A program made the position numbers and the translations under genes. Shown here in pieces: positions 59,387-64,000 of a DNA stretch of 64,000 bases. How positions within the stretch are numbered: the first letter of the stretch is position 1; every line of letters begins with the position of its first letter. The notes beneath the pieces were generated by a model. That model saw nothing but the letters and a program-made list of their open reading frames with translations, did not search any database and was not told where the DNA came from. The stretch comes from Clostridium sp. (lineage in GTDB: Bacteria > Bacillota > Clostridia > Acetivibrionales > Acetivibrionaceae), in the NCBI GenBank assembly GCA_012517995.1, contig JAAYTS010000141.1, positions 3,572 through 67,571 of the forward strand. Reading direction: 5' to 3'.

Positions 59387-59689
59387 TTAATCAAGGGTTA
59401 CAAGTGGAATTTTATTATCTGTAGCAAATTTAGAAATTTCCTGTTTGTATTGGTCAAAACGATCCCAGTCCATTAGTTTAGTCAATACAATAGGTTTTTT
59501 TGATCCTTTAGCGATAATTTCTATCTTTTCAGTTGTTTTTTTAGAAAATAGCTTTGTTATAGTATAGTAGCCAATTCTGATTTCTTTTATCTGTGAATAG
59601 TCAAGAAAAACACGCTTTCCGTTTTTTGTAAGTATAGCAATTCCGGTCCATTCTCTGTTACAAGATATTAGTCTGTCGTTTTTACTCAT
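59387..59689 (-). CDS. Hypothetical protein, 100 aa
   Basis: RBS AGGGAGG, plausible composition; no family recognised. Confidence 0.65.
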   Translation of the reverse strand: MSKNDRLISCNREWTGIAILTKNGKRVFLDYSQIKEIRIGYYTITKLFSKKTTEKIEIIAKGSKKPIVLTKLMDWDRFDQYKQEISKFATDNKIPLVTLD

Positions 59690-60007
59690 TTTGCTTTCCT
59701 CCCTACTACAATTATAAAAAAATTGATAAATATGTATAAATAAAATATTTAAGAAAAAAACACAATACAGTATGCTTTAGTTGTGAATTAAAAATAAAAA
59801 TACCGTTTACATTTCATGATAATTATATATAATATACATAAGATTTATATTTTGATAGATTTAAAATAGTTATATATCTATAATTACATTATATCATATC
59901 ACATAAATAGCTGCAATTAAAGTATCAGCTACTACTATAATGATATGTTATAGTGATATAATATTCTTGTGTTTTTAAAATATTTAATTTAAATTGGAGG
60001 AGTAATA

Positions 60008-60880
60008 GTGAAAAAAAATAACAATAATCTTTTAAACTGGATATTTGAAACTTATGCAATTAGAATCAGCTCTCACCAAAAACCCTTTTGGTATACTTCA
60101 GGAACAATTGGTCCTTATTATATAAACACCCATTTTCTTTATGGCAGTGAGAAAAAAGCCATAGATTTATTAAGTTTTATAGATAATGAAAAAGAAAATA
60201 AACTAGCCTGTCCGAAAAAGCTTTTGGATGAAACATATAATAATTATGAAAAGGATTATATTTATAAGGGTGTAATAGATGAAATGTGCAGTTTTATTAA
60301 GAATAATATAGATGTGGATGATGTTGATTACATATCAGGGGGAGAAAGAAGAGATTGGTTTTTTTCCTTGCCCGTATCTAAAATTTTAAAAAAACCCCAT
60401 GTAACAATATATAAGGATTTAGATACTGTTATAACAGATGAAGGCAATACAGAATATTTAAAAAATCTAAATGGGGGCAAAGTACTTCATATAGCAGATC
60501 TTATAACTGAAGCTTCAAGCTATGAAAGGGCATGGATACCTGCAATAAAAGAAAAAGGTGGACAAATTCTGTGGAGTGTTGTAGTTGTAGATAGAATGCA
60601 GGGAGGCAGGGAACTTCTTTTGGAAAATGGAATCAAGCCTTTTTCCATGATAAATATAGATATTGATTTTTTCAAAGAGGTTTTGGCAATGGGGATTATC
60701 AATGAGGAACAATTTGAAATGATAAAGAAATATTTGGATAATCCTAAAGAGTCAATGGCGGATTTTTTAAAGAAAAACCCTGATTTTTTGAAAGAATCTC
60801 TTGCATCTTCTGATAAGGACAGTAAAAGAGCAAAGCTTTGTATAGAAAAAGATATTTATGGGATAAAAGGCTTAATTTAA
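60008..60880 (+). CDS. Type I phosphoribosyltransferase (orotate PRTase-like)
   Basis: FWYTSG..GPYYIN, SGGERRD, PRPP-loop variant [20 protein letters not shown]. Confidence 0.7.
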   Translation: MKKNNNNLLNWIFETYAIRISSHQKPFWYTSGTIGPYYINTHFLYGSEKKAIDLLSFIDNEKENKLACPKKLLDETYNNYEKDYIYKGVIDEMCSFIKNNIDVDDVDYISGGERRDWFFSLPVSKILKKPHVTIYKDLDTVITDEGNTEYLKNLNGGKVLHIADLITEASSYERAWIPAIKEKGGQILWSVVVVDRMQGGRELLLENGIKPFSMINIDIDFFKEVLAMGIINEEQFEMIKKYLDNPKESMADFLKKNPDFLKESLASSDKDSKRAKLCIEKDIYGIKGLI

Positions 60881-60896
60881 GAGTGCAAAAGGAGGG

Positions 60897-62315
60897 ATGA
60901 TTTTGAAAAGAAGAAACAGCCATGTTCTGGAAGAAGAGATAGAAAGGCAAAAAGAATATATACACAGAGTTGCAGATAGAAATGATGGAAAGGTCCTAAA
61001 ATACTACTTAAATACTTTTGGATGCCAAATGAATGAACATGATTCAGAAAAATTAGCAGGAATGCTTTCTAACATGGGATATATTGAAACTGATGACATA
61101 AATGAATCTGACCTTATTATATACAATACCTGTTGTGTACGGGAACATGCAGAACAAAAGGTATACGGTCATTTAGGAGCTTTAAAAAAGCTAAAGGAAG
61201 AAAAACCAGAGCTTAAAATTACAATATGTGGATGTATGATGCAGCAGGGGGAAGTGGTTAGTCATATCAAGAATACGTATAGACATGTTGACTTGATTTT
61301 TGGAACACACAACCTATATAAATTTCCAGAACTTTTATTAAAATCTTTTGACAGGGATAAAATGCTTATAGATGTATTGGATACAGATGGAGAAATTGTA
61401 GAAAATATTCCTGTTGAGAGAAAAGACAGTGTGAAAGCATGGATTACAGTTATGTATGGCTGCAATAATTTTTGTTCATACTGTATTGTTCCATATGTAC
61501 GGGGAAGAGAGAGAAGCAGGGAAGTTAAAGATATAAAAGAAGAAGTAATGATGTTAGGACGTCAAGGGTTTAAGGAGATAACACTTCTTGGCCAGAATGT
61601 AAACTCTTACGGAAAGGATTTAGACAGCAAAGCAACTTTTGCAGAGCTTTTATACCAATTAAATGAAGTCCCTGGAATTGAAAGAATCAGGTTTTTAACT
61701 TCCCACCCTAAAGATTTATGCGACGAACTTATATATGCAATAAGGGATTTAAGTAAAGTTTGTGAACATTTGCATCTTCCTATTCAAGCGGGGAGTACAA
61801 AGGTTTTAAGGGAAATGAACAGAGGATATACAAAGGAACAATACTTAGAGCTTGTTATGAAATTGAAGGAAAATATACCAGGTATCTCGCTGACAACAGA
61901 TATAATTGTAGGTTTTCCAGGGGAAACGGATGAGGATTTTGAAGATACTTTAGACGTCATAAAGAAAGTCCGTTTTGATTCTGCTTACACATTTTTATAT
62001 TCAAAAAGAACAGGGACACCTGCTGCAAAAAGCAAAAACCAGATTTTAGATAAAGTAAAAAAAGAAAGATTTGAAAATCTTCTAACCCTGCAAAATTCAA
62101 TAAGTAGGGAAATTAATGAAACATATTCAGGGAAAAAAGTAGAAATTCTTGTTGAGGGAATTAGTAAAACAAACGATAATATATATACAGGAAGAACAAG
62201 AACAAATAAAATAGTTAATTATAAGGGAAACAAAGATGATATTGGTAAATTAAAAAATATATTGATAGGTGAAGTAAAGACATGGTCACTAGCAGGAAAA
62301 GTAATTACAGATTAG
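60897..62315 (+). CDS. miaB: tRNA 2-methylthio-i6A synthase
   Basis: [36 protein letters not shown] and a TRAM domain. Confidence 0.96.
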   Translation: MILKRRNSHVLEEEIERQKEYIHRVADRNDGKVLKYYLNTFGCQMNEHDSEKLAGMLSNMGYIETDDINESDLIIYNTCCVREHAEQKVYGHLGALKKLKEEKPELKITICGCMMQQGEVVSHIKNTYRHVDLIFGTHNLYKFPELLLKSFDRDKMLIDVLDTDGEIVENIPVERKDSVKAWITVMYGCNNFCSYCIVPYVRGRERSREVKDIKEEVMMLGRQGFKEITLLGQNVNSYGKDLDSKATFAELLYQLNEVPGIERIRFLTSHPKDLCDELIYAIRDLSKVCEHLHLPIQAGSTKVLREMNRGYTKEQYLELVMKLKENIPGISLTTDIIVGFPGETDEDFEDTLDVIKKVRFDSAYTFLYSKRTGTPAAKSKNQILDKVKKERFENLLTLQNSISREINETYSGKKVEILVEGISKTNDNIYTGRTRTNKIVNYKGNKDDIGKLKNILIGEVKTWSLAGKVITD

Positions 62316-62329
62316 GGGGAGATAAGCTT

Positions 62330-63691
62330 ATGAAAAAACTTGCTTTGATTGTTGCTATAATGATGGTGCTTCTTTTTACTGTTAATGAACTTGAAGTACA
62401 TGGAGAAGCACAAGTAAATGATGAGATTAAAGTTACTATAAACGGATTTTTAGTTGAGTTTAGCGATGTAAAACCTATTATTATAAATGGCAGAACTTTG
62501 GTTCCTGTAAGAGGTGTTTTTGAAAATTTAAATGCACATGTCAGGTGGTTTGAGGATAAAAAATCAGTCCTCATTATGAAGGAAGCTTTGCAGATTTATT
62601 TTTTCATTAACGATACAGAGGTCAGTGTAAATCAAAAGCGATTTACCCTTGATGTTCCTGCTACCATAATAAATGGCAGAACCATGGTTCCCCTAAGGTT
62701 TATATCAGAAGCTTTAGGTGCAGAGGTATCTTGGGATGCAAAAAGCAGGACCGTAGAAATAAGTGTACCTCATTACCCTTTTGCTTATACTAAAGCTATA
62801 AGTTTAGACCTTTTAAATGAAAAATATCAAAATAATATACAATGGCTTATTGGTGCACCTGTAGGGTATGTTGAGCATATTTTGGGCAAGCCAGACAGAA
62901 TAGATTTAAGCAGATATGGATTTGAGTGGTATATTTATAATTCAGATTTGGAAAAATATCTTATGGTTGGTGTCAAAAATAAAACTGTAGTAGGTCTTTA
63001 TTCTAATTCTAAGCATTATAAAATAAATGAAAGTATTGGATATAATACACCTAGAGAAGAAGTTCATGAACTTTTTAATCTCCCTATGGGATCTATTGTA
63101 AAAGGCAATGGAAGATATACGATAGGTATAAAGAATACAGAGGACGGAGAACCTGAATATGAGATGTTTGACGTTGAAAGAAGGTACTATGCTACAATTT
63201 TTTATGACATACATAATGAGGGAAGGGTAACTTCTTATATGATTATAGATTATGCAACGGAATATTCACTAGAGAGTTATTACGGAGAGCCTTCAGAAGA
63301 ATTGAGGGATAGCTATGAAAGACAATTATTTGACCTTGTAAATGCAGTAAGAACAAGAGAAAATAAGACTTTTTTAGAATTTGATGAAAAAGTTGCTGCT
63401 GTTGCAAGAGAACACAGCAAGGATATGTCCCTTAATGACTATTTTGACCATATAAATTTAAAAGGTGAAAATTCTTCTGACAGACTAAGAAACGCGGGAG
63501 TCAGTTTTTACGCTGCAGGTGAAAATATTGCAAGATTTCATATGTGCCCAATATATGCTCATGAATCTTTGATGAATTCAACAACAGGACACAGGGAAAA
63601 CATACTTGGTGACTGCACACATTTAGGTACTGGTGTTTATTTGGATTCTGACGGGATACCTACGTATACACAAAATTTTTTGCTTCGTTAA
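62330..63691 (+). CDS. Secreted protein: copper amine oxidase N-like domain, CAP-associated domain and CAP domain
   Basis: Signal peptide; GRTLVPVR/GRTMVPLRFISE repeats; AREHSKDM..YFDH, GENIA, GHRENIL. Confidence 0.88.
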   Translation: MKKLALIVAIMMVLLFTVNELEVHGEAQVNDEIKVTINGFLVEFSDVKPIIINGRTLVPVRGVFENLNAHVRWFEDKKSVLIMKEALQIYFFINDTEVSVNQKRFTLDVPATIINGRTMVPLRFISEALGAEVSWDAKSRTVEISVPHYPFAYTKAISLDLLNEKYQNNIQWLIGAPVGYVEHILGKPDRIDLSRYGFEWYIYNSDLEKYLMVGVKNKTVVGLYSNSKHYKINESIGYNTPREEVHELFNLPMGSIVKGNGRYTIGIKNTEDGEPEYEMFDVERRYYATIFYDIHNEGRVTSYMIIDYATEYSLESYYGEPSEELRDSYERQLFDLVNAVRTRENKTFLEFDEKVAAVAREHSKDMSLNDYFDHINLKGENSSDRLRNAGVSFYAAGENIARFHMCPIYAHESLMNSTTGHRENILGDCTHLGTGVYLDSDGIPTYTQNFLLR

Positions 63692-63865
63692 AAAGCAAAA
63701 TACTTTTTAAAAAATTAATTGTTAAGTTTTAAGCTGTTTTGTGATAGAATTATATAAAAAATATAATCTTAAAAAACAACCTAAAATTGCAACTTGAAAT
63801 TTTACACTCAATATTTTTTCAACACAGCAATGCATAAAATAAATTAATTAAAAAGGGTGATTGGT

Positions 63866-64000
63866 ATGGATATTTTAGAAAAAGCAAAAGAACTTGGAGC
63901 AATGATAGGGACATCGGAACAGATGATCACCTTTAAAAAATGGGAAGCGGACCTTGAAAGGGACCATAAAGCAAGAGCTATACTACGCGAATATCAAACA
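63866..64000 (+). CDS. YlbF/YmcA family protein (3' truncated by window edge)
   Basis: MDILEKAKELGAMI..SE, RBS AAGGGTGA; downstream of miaB. Confidence 0.75.
   Translation, partial: MDILEKAKELGAMIGTSEQMITFKKWEADLERDHKARAILREYQT

Noticed and set aside
34958-59689. Prophage or integrative element explanation for the accessory block
   Set aside because: No integrase, transposase, phage gene, tRNA site or flanking direct repeat was seen.
59908-59954. Two short tandem inverted repeats upstream of the PRTase
   Set aside because: 6-7 bp arms in very AT-rich DNA; expected by chance.
562-63214. Many 60-150 aa ORFs antisense to or nested in long genes (e.g. 562-861, 8461-8862, 24220-24582, 40614-41009, 54780-55223)
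   Set aside because: Typical shadow ORFs of well-supported genes; no RBS or motifs.

Overview
Low-GC chromosomal window from a spore-forming, cellulosome-producing Clostridia. The type I dockerin and gene order point to an Acetivibrio/Hungateiclostridiaceae-like organism (inference, not a database match). About 1-34.7 kb is mostly conserved backbone: smc-ftsY, an ECF sigma/anti-sigma pair, polA-coaE-lytic transglycosylase, a diguanylate cyclase, T-box-controlled aroF, rodA, cheW, ychF, prepilin peptidase, a comFB-like gene with an internal stop, nfo-aroQ-peptidase-efp, spoIIIAA-AH, asp23-amaP-nusB-xseAB, a ~590-nt OLE RNA followed by oapA, then dxs-tlyA. About 35-59.7 kb looks accessory: an LRR surface protein, a bioFHC-BDA operon divergent from acp-fabF-polyprenyl synthase across a BirA-type operator, a YtpB-like terpene synthase that appears to start at ATA, cell-wall peptidases, a YtrA-type ABC operon, a dockerin-bearing beta-helix enzyme and a divergent GH77-like protein. 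The window ends with PRTase-miaB-CAP-ylbF. No CRISPR array, rRNA, tRNA, transposase or prophage was seen. Best leads: (1) OLE-oapA with its own promoter and no upstream ispA; (2) a BirA operator overlapping the promoter of a second acp-fabF pair; (3) a prenyl synthase plus ATA-start terpene synthase pair; (4) a GH77 variant with altered catalytic-site motifs; (5) a long hairpin leader on the asp23-nusB operon. All calls come from manual motif reading; no searches were run.
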